A model generated the notes under the pieces. That model made no database searches. It saw only the letters and a program-made list of their open reading frames with translations, and was not told where the DNA came from. This document shows positions 10,482 to 20,060 of a DNA stretch of 64,000 nucleotides, one piece after another; position 1 is the stretch's first letter; each line of letters begins with the position of its first letter. The DNA lies in NCBI GenBank assembly GCA_965261395.1, contig OZ253462.1:1856001-1920000 (forward strand), in the 5' to 3' direction. Source of the stretch: Candidatus Latescibacterota bacterium. GTDB taxonomy: Bacteria; Latescibacterota; UBA2968; UBA8231. The position numbers and the translations under genes were made by a program.

Positions 10482-11634
10482 CGCGCCATCGCTGTAGCAG
10501 TTCAATTAGCATATCGAGGTCGCTTTGCTGGTGCAGGGCGCTGAGTGCCAAGCGAATCCGCGCCCGGCCCGGCTCGACCGAGGGAGGACGAATGGCCGCG
10601 GCGAGAATGCCGTTTTCTTCTAGATAAGCGTTCAGGGCCAGCGCTTCGCCCTCCGCACCCACCATCAGCGGCACGATCTGCGCGGTTGCCGCGCCCGTGT
10701 CCCAGCCTTGTACCCTGAGCGCACCGCGCAAATACTCGGCGTGGGCGAGTAATGCTTGGCGCTGGGCGTCCATTTGCGGCACCAGCTCTAGCGCCGCATC
10801 CACCGCACCCAAGACGGCTGGCGGCAACGCGGTCGTATAGATGAACCCCGGGCAGCAGTTGACCAAGTACTCCCACAGCTTCTCGCCGCAGGCTATGTAC
10901 GCTCCAAAAGACCCGAGGGCCTTGCCAAACGTGCCGACGCATACGTCCACGGCCTTGCCACATGTCAGCCCCATCCCCCGCTCGCCCAAAACGCCCGTGG
11001 CGTGCGCTTCGTCGATGACCAGCAGCGCGTCGAATTCTCCGGCCAACGCGACGAGCGCGTCGATGTCGCTGACGTCGCCGTCCATGCTAAACACCGATTC
11101 GGTGACAATCACCCGGCGCGAATGTTTCGCCCCTGCGCTTTCCACCAGCAGAGCGCGCAGGTGATCCAAGTCGCCGTGGCGGTAGCGCTGCATTCGACAG
11201 CGCCCCAAGACCGCCCCTTGCACCAAGCTGTTGTGGCAGAGCCGGTCGAGCAGGATGAGGGTGCGCCGGTCGGCCAGCGTCGGCAACAGCGAAATATTGG
11301 CCTGATAGCCAGAATTGAGCACCAGCGCCCGCTCGGCCTGCTTGAGCCCAGCCAAAGCCTGCTCCACTTGCGCAAAGCCCGGCTGCGAGCCACAAACCAA
11401 GCGCGCGGCCGTGGCACCGGTCCCGTAGCGCTCGACGAACTCAATGGCTCGCGCCTGCACAAGTGGGTGCGACGCCAAGCCGAGATAGTCGTTGGAGCTA
11501 AAATTGACCAACTCGCGGCCATTAGCGCGGACTCGCGCGCCGCCGCACGGCTCCCAGGTGCGCAACGACCGCATCTGCCCGGCCTGTTGCCGCCGCGCCA
11601 ATTCAGTGTGAATAAAATCGAATTTCGTCTGCAT
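10468..11634 (-). CDS. bioF: 8-amino-7-oxononanoate synthase
   Basis: NFSSNDYLGL, ESVFSMDGD, DEAHATG, GTFGKALG. Confidence 0.95.
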   Translation of the reverse strand: MQTKFDFIHTELARRQQAGQMRSLRTWEPCGGARVRANGRELVNFSSNDYLGLASHPLVQARAIEFVERYGTGATAARLVCGSQPGFAQVEQALAGLKQAERALVLNSGYQANISLLPTLADRRTLILLDRLCHNSLVQGAVLGRCRMQRYRHGDLDHLRALLVESAGAKHSRRVIVTESVFSMDGDVSDIDALVALAGEFDALLVIDEAHATGVLGERGMGLTCGKAVDVCVGTFGKALGSFGAYIACGEKLWEYLVNCCPGFIYTTALPPAVLGAVDAALELVPQMDAQRQALLAHAEYLRGALRVQGWDTGAATAQIVPLMVGAEGEALALNAYLEENGILAAAIRPPSVEPGRARIRLALSALHQQSDLDMLIELLQRWRDGRR

Positions 11635-11688
11635 AAAAGTGAAGCTGTGCCAAATGATTCGCCTAGGCAAGGTAAGCCGCCTACAGGC

Positions 11689-11717
11689 TTGCCGCGCAAG
11701 GTGCGCCGCTCTATACT
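11689..11717 (+). promoter_or_regulatory. Candidate sigma70 promoter of panB
   Basis: TTGCCG-17 bp-TATACT ending 30 bp before the panB ATG. Confidence 0.5.
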
Positions 11718-11746
11718 ATCGCCTGTAAACTTGCTTCTCCGCGGCC

Positions 11747-12643
11747 ATGGCAACGACGACTAATAAAATCACCGTTTCTTCGCTCCAGTCCAAAAAGGAA
11801 CGGGGCCAGAAGATCTGCATGTTGACGGCCTACGACTACCCCACGGCAGCGCTGCAAGACGAAGCCGGCCTCGACGTGATCTTGGTCGGCGACTCCGTGG
11901 GCACCAACGTCTTGGGCTATCGCGGCCCGCAGCAAGTGACCATGGATGACATCCTCCACCACCTGCGGGCGGTGCGCCGAGCAGTGCGCCGGGCCTTTCT
12001 CCTCGCTGATCTCCCCTTCATGTCCTTTCAGCCCTCGGTCGAGACCGCAGTTAAAAACGCCGGGCGCTTGGTGCAGGAGGGCGGGGCCGAAGGCGTCAAA
12101 TTAGAGGGCGGCCTGCCGGTCTTGCCGCAGCTAACAGCCATCGTTGACGCCGGCATTCCAGTCGTCGGCCATCTCGGGTTTACCCCGCAGTCCCAAGCCC
12201 GCGAATTCTACCTGTTCAGCGACCGGCGTGGCACCGTGCCCAAGTTTCACGGCAAGGGGCCGAAGGGGGCCAAAGCCCTCGTCGAGCAAGCCTTGCGCTT
12301 GGAGGACGCCGGCGTGTTCTCCTTGGTCTTGGAGATGGTCACTGAAGAGGCCGCCCAAGCCGTCGCCGAGCGGCTCAAAATTCCAGTCATTGGCATCGGC
12401 GCTGGCCGCTATTGCGACGGCCAAGTACTGATCGTCCACGACCTCGTCGGCCTCAACGAAGAAGACCTAATCTTGACCAAAGCCTACGGCCAAGCGCGCC
12501 AAGATTGGATCGAAATGTTCAAAACGTACTGCCGAGAAGTCGCCGCAGGCCACTTCCCCACGGCTGAAAACACAGCGCACATGGCCCCCGAAAAACGCGC
12601 TCAACTAGACCAACTGCTCAGCGATAACGGACCGGATCGCTGA
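11747..12643 (+). CDS. panB: 3-methyl-2-oxobutanoate hydroxymethyltransferase
   Basis: MLTAYDY, ILVGDS, ADLPFMS, VKLEGG, IGIGAG..CDGQVL. Confidence 0.95.
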   Translation: MATTTNKITVSSLQSKKERGQKICMLTAYDYPTAALQDEAGLDVILVGDSVGTNVLGYRGPQQVTMDDILHHLRAVRRAVRRAFLLADLPFMSFQPSVETAVKNAGRLVQEGGAEGVKLEGGLPVLPQLTAIVDAGIPVVGHLGFTPQSQAREFYLFSDRRGTVPKFHGKGPKGAKALVEQALRLEDAGVFSLVLEMVTEEAAQAVAERLKIPVIGIGAGRYCDGQVLIVHDLVGLNEEDLILTKAYGQARQDWIEMFKTYCREVAAGHFPTAENTAHMAPEKRAQLDQLLSDNGPDR

Positions 12644-12665
12644 ACCTTCGAGAGGAAAATTTCTC

Positions 12666-14183
12666 ATGCGCTTACTCTACGCCGCTGCCCTGATTTTGTG
12701 GACGACCGCCCCCGCCCTAGCCCAAGACGCCGACCAAAACTGGATTCAGGCGGCCATCGCCAACTTGGATGCCGCGTTCGGCTCCATCGTCTCGGCGATG
12801 GGCTCCGTCCTCTTCGCCGACCTAGGCACGAAAATTCCCCTCATCATCTGGGTGCTCGTCTTAGGCGGCATCTATTATTCCTTCTACTTCGGCTGGCTTT
12901 CCCTGCGCGGGTTCCGCCACTCCATCGACGTCATCCGCGGTCGCTACGACGATCCCAACGACCCAGGCGAGATCTCCCATTTTCAAGCCCTCACTAGCGC
13001 CCTGTCGGCTACCATCGGCCTCGGTAACATCGCCGGCGTCGCCATTGCCGTTAGCTTGGGCGGGCCGGGTGCGGTCTTCTGGATGCTCCTCACTGCCTTG
13101 TTCGGCATGTCATCCAAGCTGGCCTCCTGCACCTTGGCCATCATGTACCGCAAAATTCACCCCGACGGCCGCATCGCCGGCGGGCCGATGTACTACCTAG
13201 AGCACGGGCTTGCCAGTAAAGGACTCAAGTCGTTGGGTCGCGTCTTCGCCATTCTGTTCGCCATTTTCGCCATCGGCGGCTCCCTCGGCGGCGGCAACAT
13301 GTTCCAAGTCAACCAAACAGTCGAGATCCTCAGCACCGTAGCCCCTGTTGTAGGGGACTACAACTGGGCCTTTGGCCTCCTCTTCGCCTTGTTGGTCTCC
13401 TTGGTCATCATCGGCGGCATCAAGCGGATCGGCAGCGTCACCTCGCGGATCGTGCCCGCCATGTGCCTGCTCTACGTGACCGCCTCCCTCGTCATCATTC
13501 TGTCGCACATCGGCGATGTGCCCGCCATGATCGCGACCATTTTCCGCGAAGCCTTCTCGCCGCAGGCCCTGTACGGCGGCTTTTTGGGCGCCCTAGTCGT
13601 CGGCGTCAAGCGGGCAGCTTTTTCCAATGAGGCCGGCCTCGGCTCCGCGGCTTTTGCTCATGCCGCGGCCCGCACCAACGAGCCGGCGCGCGAAGGCATG
13701 GTCGCGATGATCGGCCCCTTCATAGACACGATCGTCATCTGCTTGATGACCGCTTTGGTCTGCATGATTACCGGGGTGTACACCGATCCTCAGTTCCAAG
13801 CGAGTGGAGACTTTATCGTGGGGGCCAAAATGACCTCCGCGGCCTTTGATTCGTTCCTGCCCGGCGCCCGCTACGTCCTCGCCATTGGCGTCATGCTTTT
13901 TGCCTACTCAACCATGATTTCGTGGTCGTACTACGGGGAGCGGGCGTGGGAATACCTATTTGGCCGTCGCTTCAACATAATCTACCGGGTCATTTTCGTC
14001 GTCTTCGTGGTCTTCGGTTCGGTCGTCACGCTCAAAAACGTGCTCGACTTTACCGATATGCTCATTTTGAGTATGGCCTTTCCCAACATTATCGGCGGCG
14101 TCATACTCAGCCCGCAGATCAAGGCGTGCCTGCAAGAGTACTGGGGCCGGCTGAAAAGCGGCGAGATGAAGCGCTACAAGTAG
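12666..14183 (+). CDS. Alanine/glycine:cation symporter (AGCS family)
   Basis: GEISHFQAL..ALSATIGLGNIAGVA, GGPMYYL, FSNEAGLGSA, WSYYGE. Confidence 0.93.
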   Translation: MRLLYAAALILWTTAPALAQDADQNWIQAAIANLDAAFGSIVSAMGSVLFADLGTKIPLIIWVLVLGGIYYSFYFGWLSLRGFRHSIDVIRGRYDDPNDPGEISHFQALTSALSATIGLGNIAGVAIAVSLGGPGAVFWMLLTALFGMSSKLASCTLAIMYRKIHPDGRIAGGPMYYLEHGLASKGLKSLGRVFAILFAIFAIGGSLGGGNMFQVNQTVEILSTVAPVVGDYNWAFGLLFALLVSLVIIGGIKRIGSVTSRIVPAMCLLYVTASLVIILSHIGDVPAMIATIFREAFSPQALYGGFLGALVVGVKRAAFSNEAGLGSAAFAHAAARTNEPAREGMVAMIGPFIDTIVICLMTALVCMITGVYTDPQFQASGDFIVGAKMTSAAFDSFLPGARYVLAIGVMLFAYSTMISWSYYGERAWEYLFGRRFNIIYRVIFVVFVVFGSVVTLKNVLDFTDMLILSMAFPNIIGGVILSPQIKACLQEYWGRLKSGEMKRYK

Positions 14184-14190
14184 GGCTGTT

Positions 14191-15963
14191 TCAGGGAGCG
14201 TCTCCACCTTCCAGCCAATCGCGGTCTGCGGCCAAGTAAATTTCCTCGACCTCCAAGTCGGCAAAGGCCGCAGACCAGCGCTGCCACTCCGCCCGTTCCT
14301 CCTGCTCCTGCATCCGCAGCCGCACCACAAAGGCAAAGCGGTTGAGCGCGAACGTCAGCGTGGTGACCTGGCCCCCCCTCAGATCGACCTCCACCTGTTG
14401 GGTCTGCCCTCCATAGCTCAATTCGACCCAGTGCGCGCCGGCGGACAGATTGTGAAAAAGAAGCCCCTGATAGCCGCGCTTGAGCAATTCGAGCGAATAG
14501 CGACCGTCCAAGCGCACCGTGAGATCTTCTGTGATATCGCTGCCGATAGGGGCCATCACCAAGGCCAGCCAAGCGTCTAGATCGTCGAATAGCAACTCGT
14601 CGGCGACGGCGACCTCGACAGCTAGCGGCGACTCTTGTACCGCGGCTACGGGCCTTTGACCCGGCATCCAAGTCGGCGGCGGCAATTGGGGCGTGATGCC
14701 GCTTTTGCGCATCAGCGCATAGACCAAGATGTTGGTCCCCGCCATCAGCGCGTAGGTCGAATTCCCTGTGGTTTCTTCTTCAGTATTGAAGCTAGCCCGC
14801 CAATTCTCCCCCAACATCAAGTCGCTGATCACGGCTACCAGCTCGCCGTCCAGCTCGACTCCCCACAGCCCCTCTGGCGGTGGCAACCCCTCACCCACAG
14901 CGCTGGCGGTCCCGGAGACGGTGGCTGCTTGTGCTTCCTGCACGGCCAAAACATCGTAGCGATTGTTGACTGGATAATACCAAGAGGGATTGTCTCCTGC
15001 GTCCTCAATGCGCGATTTATCCTCTCCGGGAAAGCCGCCGCCGAACTCGTAAAAGGAGTGATATAGCGGATGCGAGGTCGGGATGGGTGCCAAGCGCGCC
15101 TCAGACCCCAAGATCTCGCGCAGTTGGTCCTTCATTTCGCGCAAATAGCGGTTGGTACGGCGGCCGGTACCCTCGATAAACAGGAAGCCGCCCTCGCGCA
15201 GATAGCGGCCCAAAAGCGCCTTCTCCTCCGGGCTGAACTTGGTCAGGACATTCTCGTCGTACGCAGACAAGGAGTCTTCGAAGAGGAAGTGGATGGGGTC
15301 CTTGAGCAGTTGCTCCGACAGGAAATACTCGTAGGTCTTGTCCCGCACTTGCGCCAACAGGTGAGTGTGGTCGCGCAAGTAGCGGCTCAAGGCATCGAGC
15401 GCGCCGCGCCCCGAGCTGGCCCCATAGACGCGCAACTGGGTGAAGTTCACGTAGCCGGACAAGTCGCGGCGAGTCGCCCGACTGACGATGACGGCGGCGG
15501 GGTCCTTGTTGGCTCGGGCCATGTCCTCCAGCCGCAAAAGATCCATGGAGGCGATACCCATGCTATCGGCCAAGCCCAAAGACGAGGGCGAGATCATCTT
15601 TTCGCGCTCCAAAATTGGTGCATCTTCCTTCGCACCGACGGCTATCTCGCGCAACGCCAAGGGGGCCATCGGCACCTCTATTTCGGCCGGGGTCGCCTCG
15701 CTTTCTAGATTGGGGTCGCGGACATCCACAGCCGGCTGGGCGGCCCGCAGATATTCCATCTCCACTTTCAACGCCTCTACGTCCAAGCGGGGCAGGGGAG
15801 TCGGGCGGCGGGGCGTGAACTGCGGCGGGATGCGAGCGAGGCGCACGCGAAAAGTCTCCGCGTCCAGCTCGTCACGCCACAGGTAATCCCCTAGGTAAAG
15901 CGCGGTGAGATGCAGGAGCAGCGACGCCAGCAAACAGACATGGACGGTTCTGTGTCTATGCAC
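14191..15963 (-). CDS. Membrane-anchored DUF4159-like domain protein
   Basis: N-terminal TM (SLLLHL), then E..LLGRYLREGGFLFIE, PTSHPLYHSFYEF, GVELDGELVAVIS, GTNILVYAL. Confidence 0.65.
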   Translation of the reverse strand: MHRHRTVHVCLLASLLLHLTALYLGDYLWRDELDAETFRVRLARIPPQFTPRRPTPLPRLDVEALKVEMEYLRAAQPAVDVRDPNLESEATPAEIEVPMAPLALREIAVGAKEDAPILEREKMISPSSLGLADSMGIASMDLLRLEDMARANKDPAAVIVSRATRRDLSGYVNFTQLRVYGASSGRGALDALSRYLRDHTHLLAQVRDKTYEYFLSEQLLKDPIHFLFEDSLSAYDENVLTKFSPEEKALLGRYLREGGFLFIEGTGRRTNRYLREMKDQLREILGSEARLAPIPTSHPLYHSFYEFGGGFPGEDKSRIEDAGDNPSWYYPVNNRYDVLAVQEAQAATVSGTASAVGEGLPPPEGLWGVELDGELVAVISDLMLGENWRASFNTEEETTGNSTYALMAGTNILVYALMRKSGITPQLPPPTWMPGQRPVAAVQESPLAVEVAVADELLFDDLDAWLALVMAPIGSDITEDLTVRLDGRYSLELLKRGYQGLLFHNLSAGAHWVELSYGGQTQQVEVDLRGGQVTTLTFALNRFAFVVRLRMQEQEERAEWQRWSAAFADLEVEEIYLAADRDWLEGGDAP

Positions 15964-16041
15964 CGAGAGCCTCTCTTTCTGCGCCGCCCATCAGCGCGAG
16001 TGGCAAGACCTATATATAAATGATTGTAACAAAACGGTTTT

Positions 16042-16070
16042 TTGCCAAGAAAACACGTGATTATTATCTT
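16042..16070 (+). promoter_or_regulatory. Candidate sigma70 promoter of the pdh operon
   Basis: TTGCCA-17 bp-TATCTT in an AT-rich intergenic region. Confidence 0.35.
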
Positions 16071-16113
16071 TTTCCACTTATAAAACGGCCTACGCAAAGG
16101 AATTGTTTCAGCC

Positions 16114-18771
16114 ATGAGCAACGCCCAAGAACTACAAGCCGAAATGAGCGAGTGGCTCGAATCCCTCGACTACGTGCTGGCCCATAGGACGCCCGCGCAG
16201 GTAATCAAGCTCCTGCAACAGCTCCAAACCCACGCCGCAGAAGCTGGCGTCGGCACCCCCTTCAGCGTCAATACCCCCTATATCAATACCATTTCCCGCG
16301 ACCAGCAGCCCCCCTATCCGGGCAGCCGCGAGATCGAGCGGCGGATCAAAAGCATCGTGCGCTGGAACGCCATGGCCATGGTCGTGCGCGCCAATCACGA
16401 CTCCAACCTCGGTGGCCATATCTCGACCTATGCATCCTCGGCGACCCTCTATGAGGTCGGCTACAACCACTTTTTCCGCGCGCCCAGCAACGGCCATCCC
16501 GGCGACCAGATATACTTCCAAGGACACGCCTCCCCCGGCATATACGCCCGCGCCTTTCTCGAAGGGCGTCTCAGCGAGCACCAGTTGAAAAACTTCCGCC
16601 GCGAGTTACAAGAAGGCGGTGGCCTCTCCTCCTATCCGCACCCTTGGCTGATGCCGGACTTTTGGCAGTTCCCAACCGTGTCCATGGGTTTGGGGCCAAT
16701 CCTTTCGATCTATCAGGCGCGCTTCAACCGCTACCTCGAAAACCGCGGCCTCAAGCCCGCTGACGACAGCAAGGTGTGGGCCTTCTTGGGCGACGGCGAG
16801 TGCGACGAGCCCGAGAGCTTGGGCGCGCTCACCCTCGCTGCACGCGAACAGCTCAACAATCTCATCTGGGTCGTCAACTGCAACCTACAGCGCCTCGACG
16901 GCCCCGTGCGCGGCAATGGAAAGATAATACAAGAGCTCGAAGCGGTCTTCCGCGGTGCCGGCTGGAACGTCGTCAAGGTGATCTGGGGCGACGACTGGGA
17001 TCCGCTCTTGGAACAGGACGCCGACGGCAGCTTGGCTCAGCGCATGAACGAGGTCGTCGATGGCCAGTATCAGAAGTACTCGGTCTCCGACGGCAGCTAC
17101 ATCCGCCACGACTTCTTCGGCACCGACCCAAAACTAGTCGCGATGGTCGAACAATACTCGGACGAACAACTCCAGAAAATGCGGCGCGGCGGCCACGATC
17201 CAGAAAAGGTCTATGCCGCCTACCAGCAAGCCATCGCCCACCAGAGCGCGCCCACCGTCATCCTCGCCAAGACCATCAAGGGCTATGGCATGGGCGAGGC
17301 CGGCGAGGGCAAAAACATCACCCATCAGCAAAAAAAGCTCAACGAGGACGAGATCCGCCTTTTCCGCACCCGCTTCGGCATCCCCATCTCGGACGACGAG
17401 GTTGCAGAGACGCCTTTCTATCGGCCCCCGGACGACAGCCCGGAAATGCAGTACATCCGCCAGCGGCGAGAAAGCCTCGGCGGTTACGTACCCCAGCGGC
17501 AGGTGATGGCCCCCCCGCTGGTCATGCCGCCGGAAACCCTGTGGGAAGAATTCAAAAAGAGCTCGGGCAAGCGCGAATTTGCCACCACGATGGCCTTTGT
17601 CGCGGTCATGCGCAAACTCATGCAAGACAAGCAAATCGGCAAGTTAGTCGTCCCTATCGTCCCCGACGAATCGCGCACCTTCGGCATGGAGCCACTCTTC
17701 CGCCAGTTCGGAATCTATTCGAGCCTAGGCCAGCTATACGAGCCGGTTGACAAAGACGTCATCACCTACTACAAAGAGGCCAAAGACGGCCAGATACTCG
17801 AAGAGGGCATCACCGAGGCCGGCTCTATGTCCTCCTTTATCGCGGCCGGCTCGGCCTATGCCACCCACGGCATCAACACCATCCCCTTCTTCATCTACTA
17901 CTCGATGTTCGGGATGCAGCGGATCGGCGATTTGGTCTGGCTAGCCGGCGACATGCGGGTCAAGGGCTTCATGGTCGGCGGCACGGCCGGGCGCACCACG
18001 CTCAACGGCGAGGGGCTGCAACACGAGGACGGGCACAGCCATCTGTTGGCCTATCCAGTGCCCAATCTCGAAGCCTACGATCCGGCCTTTGGCTACGAGA
18101 TTGCCGTCATCATCCGCGAGGGCATCCGTCGCATGTACGTCGAGCAGGAAGATGTTTTTTATTATCTGACGGTCGAAAACGACATCTATGCCATGCCGGA
18201 GATGCTCGACGGAGTCGAAGAAGGCATCCTCAAGGGCCTATACAAGTTCAAACCCTCGGCCAAGAAGCGCGCCCCACTCAAGGCCCACCTCTTCGGCAGC
18301 GGCGCGATCATCAACAGCGCCCTCAAAGCGCAGAGCATCCTCGAAGAAAAATACCAAGTCAGCGCGGATGTCTGGAGCATCACCAGCTATAAGGCCCTGC
18401 ACCGCGACGCCCTTGATGCCGAGCGTTGGAACCGCCTGCACCCCGGCGAAAAGCCCCGCCTCAGCTACATCGAACAATGCCTAGCCAAGGAGCGCGGCGT
18501 GTACGTCATGGCCTCGGATTACGTCAAGGCCCTCCCGGAATCTATCGCCCGCTGGTTTCCCAACCCGCCCGTCTCCCTCGGCACCGATGGCTTCGGTCGC
18601 AGCGAGACCCGCGAGGCACTGCGCGACCACTTTGAGGTCGATTATCGCTTCATCGCCCTAGGAGCCTTGAGCGCGCTGGCACGCGAGGGACAGATCGAAA
18701 ACGACGCCGTCGTCCAAGCCATGAAAGACCTAGATATTGATCCGGCAAAACCCAATCCCGTTTACCTGTGA
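16114..18771 (+). CDS. aceE: Pyruvate dehydrogenase E1, homodimeric type
   Basis: GGHISTYASSATL, PTVSMGLGP, GDGECDEPES (TPP), NCNLQRLDGPVRGN. Confidence 0.97.
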   Translation: MSNAQELQAEMSEWLESLDYVLAHRTPAQVIKLLQQLQTHAAEAGVGTPFSVNTPYINTISRDQQPPYPGSREIERRIKSIVRWNAMAMVVRANHDSNLGGHISTYASSATLYEVGYNHFFRAPSNGHPGDQIYFQGHASPGIYARAFLEGRLSEHQLKNFRRELQEGGGLSSYPHPWLMPDFWQFPTVSMGLGPILSIYQARFNRYLENRGLKPADDSKVWAFLGDGECDEPESLGALTLAAREQLNNLIWVVNCNLQRLDGPVRGNGKIIQELEAVFRGAGWNVVKVIWGDDWDPLLEQDADGSLAQRMNEVVDGQYQKYSVSDGSYIRHDFFGTDPKLVAMVEQYSDEQLQKMRRGGHDPEKVYAAYQQAIAHQSAPTVILAKTIKGYGMGEAGEGKNITHQQKKLNEDEIRLFRTRFGIPISDDEVAETPFYRPPDDSPEMQYIRQRRESLGGYVPQRQVMAPPLVMPPETLWEEFKKSSGKREFATTMAFVAVMRKLMQDKQIGKLVVPIVPDESRTFGMEPLFRQFGIYSSLGQLYEPVDKDVITYYKEAKDGQILEEGITEAGSMSSFIAAGSAYATHGINTIPFFIYYSMFGMQRIGDLVWLAGDMRVKGFMVGGTAGRTTLNGEGLQHEDGHSHLLAYPVPNLEAYDPAFGYEIAVIIREGIRRMYVEQEDVFYYLTVENDIYAMPEMLDGVEEGILKGLYKFKPSAKKRAPLKAHLFGSGAIINSALKAQSILEEKYQVSADVWSITSYKALHRDALDAERWNRLHPGEKPRLSYIEQCLAKERGVYVMASDYVKALPESIARWFPNPPVSLGTDGFGRSETREALRDHFEVDYRFIALGALSALAREGQIENDAVVQAMKDLDIDPAKPNPVYL

Positions 18772-18785
18772 GCTTAGACCACGCT

Positions 18786-20054
18786 ATGCCCGTACAATTT
18801 GCACTGCCCGACTTGGGAGAAAACATCGAAAGCGGCGATGTGATCCGCATCCTCGTCGATGTCGGCGACCGCCTCGCCGAAGACCAGACCGTCATCGAGC
18901 TTGAAACCGACAAGGCCGTCATTGAGGTGCCCTCCTCCATAGACGGCACCATCACCGAGATTCTCGTCCAACAGGGCGACACCATCGCCGTCGGGCAGCC
19001 CATCCTCGCAGTCGAGACGGCCGCAGCCGCAGCCCCGGTCGCTGAGGAAGCACCCCCAGCGCCTGTACCGGTAGAGGAACCGGCCCCCACCCCGATGCCA
19101 CAAGCGGTCGCCCCGGTTGTCGAAGAAGCCCCTCCCGAACCTACATCTACGGACGATCCCGTCCCAGCAGCGCCATCGACGCGCCGCCTAGCCCGCGAGA
19201 TCGGCGTCGATATTGCGCAGGTCCAAGGCACGGGACCGGGCGGCAGGATCTCCATCGACGACGTCAAGGCGCACTCAAAAAAGTTGCACGCAGCGCGGGC
19301 CACCGGCACGGCCCCAGCCGCGGCCGCTCCACTACCCGACTTCAGCCAGTGGGGCGCTGTCGAGCGTCAGCCCGTGACCAAGGTACGCGAAATCACCGCC
19401 GAGCGTCTCGCGCAGGCTTGGGCCACTATCCCGCAGGTCACCCAGTTTGACAAGGCCGACATGACCAGCTTGGAAAAGTGGCGCGCAGCATACGGCAAAA
19501 AGGCCGAAGCAGCCGGCGGCAAGCTGACGCCAACTGCGATCCTCATCAAGGTGCTCGGCATCGCCCTCAAGGTCTTCCCGCAGTTCAACGCCAGCATCGA
19601 CATGGCCCAGCGGGAAGTCGTGTACAAACACTATTTCCACATCGGCATTGCCGTCGATACCCCTCATGGCCTGTTGGTGCCGGTGGTGCGCGACGTGGAC
19701 CAAAAGAACATCATCGAATTGGCGGTCGAATTGAGCGAATTGGCGCAAAAGACGCGCGAGCGCAAGATCGGGCCGGCCGACATGCAGGGCGGGTCCATGA
19801 CCATCAGCAATGTCGGCACCATGGGCGGCACCGCGTTTACGCCCATCGTCAACCCGCCCGAAGTGGCCATCCTCGGGGTGGCGCGCTCGCAAGTCGAACC
19901 CACATATATCGACGGCCAACTCCAGCCGCGCACCCTCCTGCCCCTGTCGCTGTCCTATGACCACCGCCTGATCGACGGGGCCGATGGCGCGCGCTTCCTC
20001 CGCTGGGTCTGCACGGCATTGGAAGATCCCTTTATCGCGCTCTTGGAAGGCTGA
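18786..20054 (+). CDS. aceF: Dihydrolipoamide acetyltransferase E2 (one lipoyl domain)
   Basis: ELETDKAVIEVPS lipoyl Lys, E3-binding domain GTGPGGRI, SYDHRLIDGA. Confidence 0.93.
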   Translation: MPVQFALPDLGENIESGDVIRILVDVGDRLAEDQTVIELETDKAVIEVPSSIDGTITEILVQQGDTIAVGQPILAVETAAAAAPVAEEAPPAPVPVEEPAPTPMPQAVAPVVEEAPPEPTSTDDPVPAAPSTRRLAREIGVDIAQVQGTGPGGRISIDDVKAHSKKLHAARATGTAPAAAAPLPDFSQWGAVERQPVTKVREITAERLAQAWATIPQVTQFDKADMTSLEKWRAAYGKKAEAAGGKLTPTAILIKVLGIALKVFPQFNASIDMAQREVVYKHYFHIGIAVDTPHGLLVPVVRDVDQKNIIELAVELSELAQKTRERKIGPADMQGGSMTISNVGTMGGTAFTPIVNPPEVAILGVARSQVEPTYIDGQLQPRTLLPLSLSYDHRLIDGADGARFLRWVCTALEDPFIALLEG

Positions 20055-20060
20055 GGTCCT

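Noticed and set aside
11720-11735. TGTAAAC as a BirA operator upstream of bioF
   Set aside because: Only one half-site; no matching GTTTACA at the proper spacing.
16776-17750. Long alternative-frame and antisense ORFs (e.g. 16776..17750, 34060..35025, 40387..41163, 42114..43100, 49437..50291, 60113..60868, 61753..62526)
   Set aside because: Shadow ORFs of high-GC genes: low-complexity Arg/Ala-rich or mirror-frame products overlapping well-supported CDSs, with no motifs.
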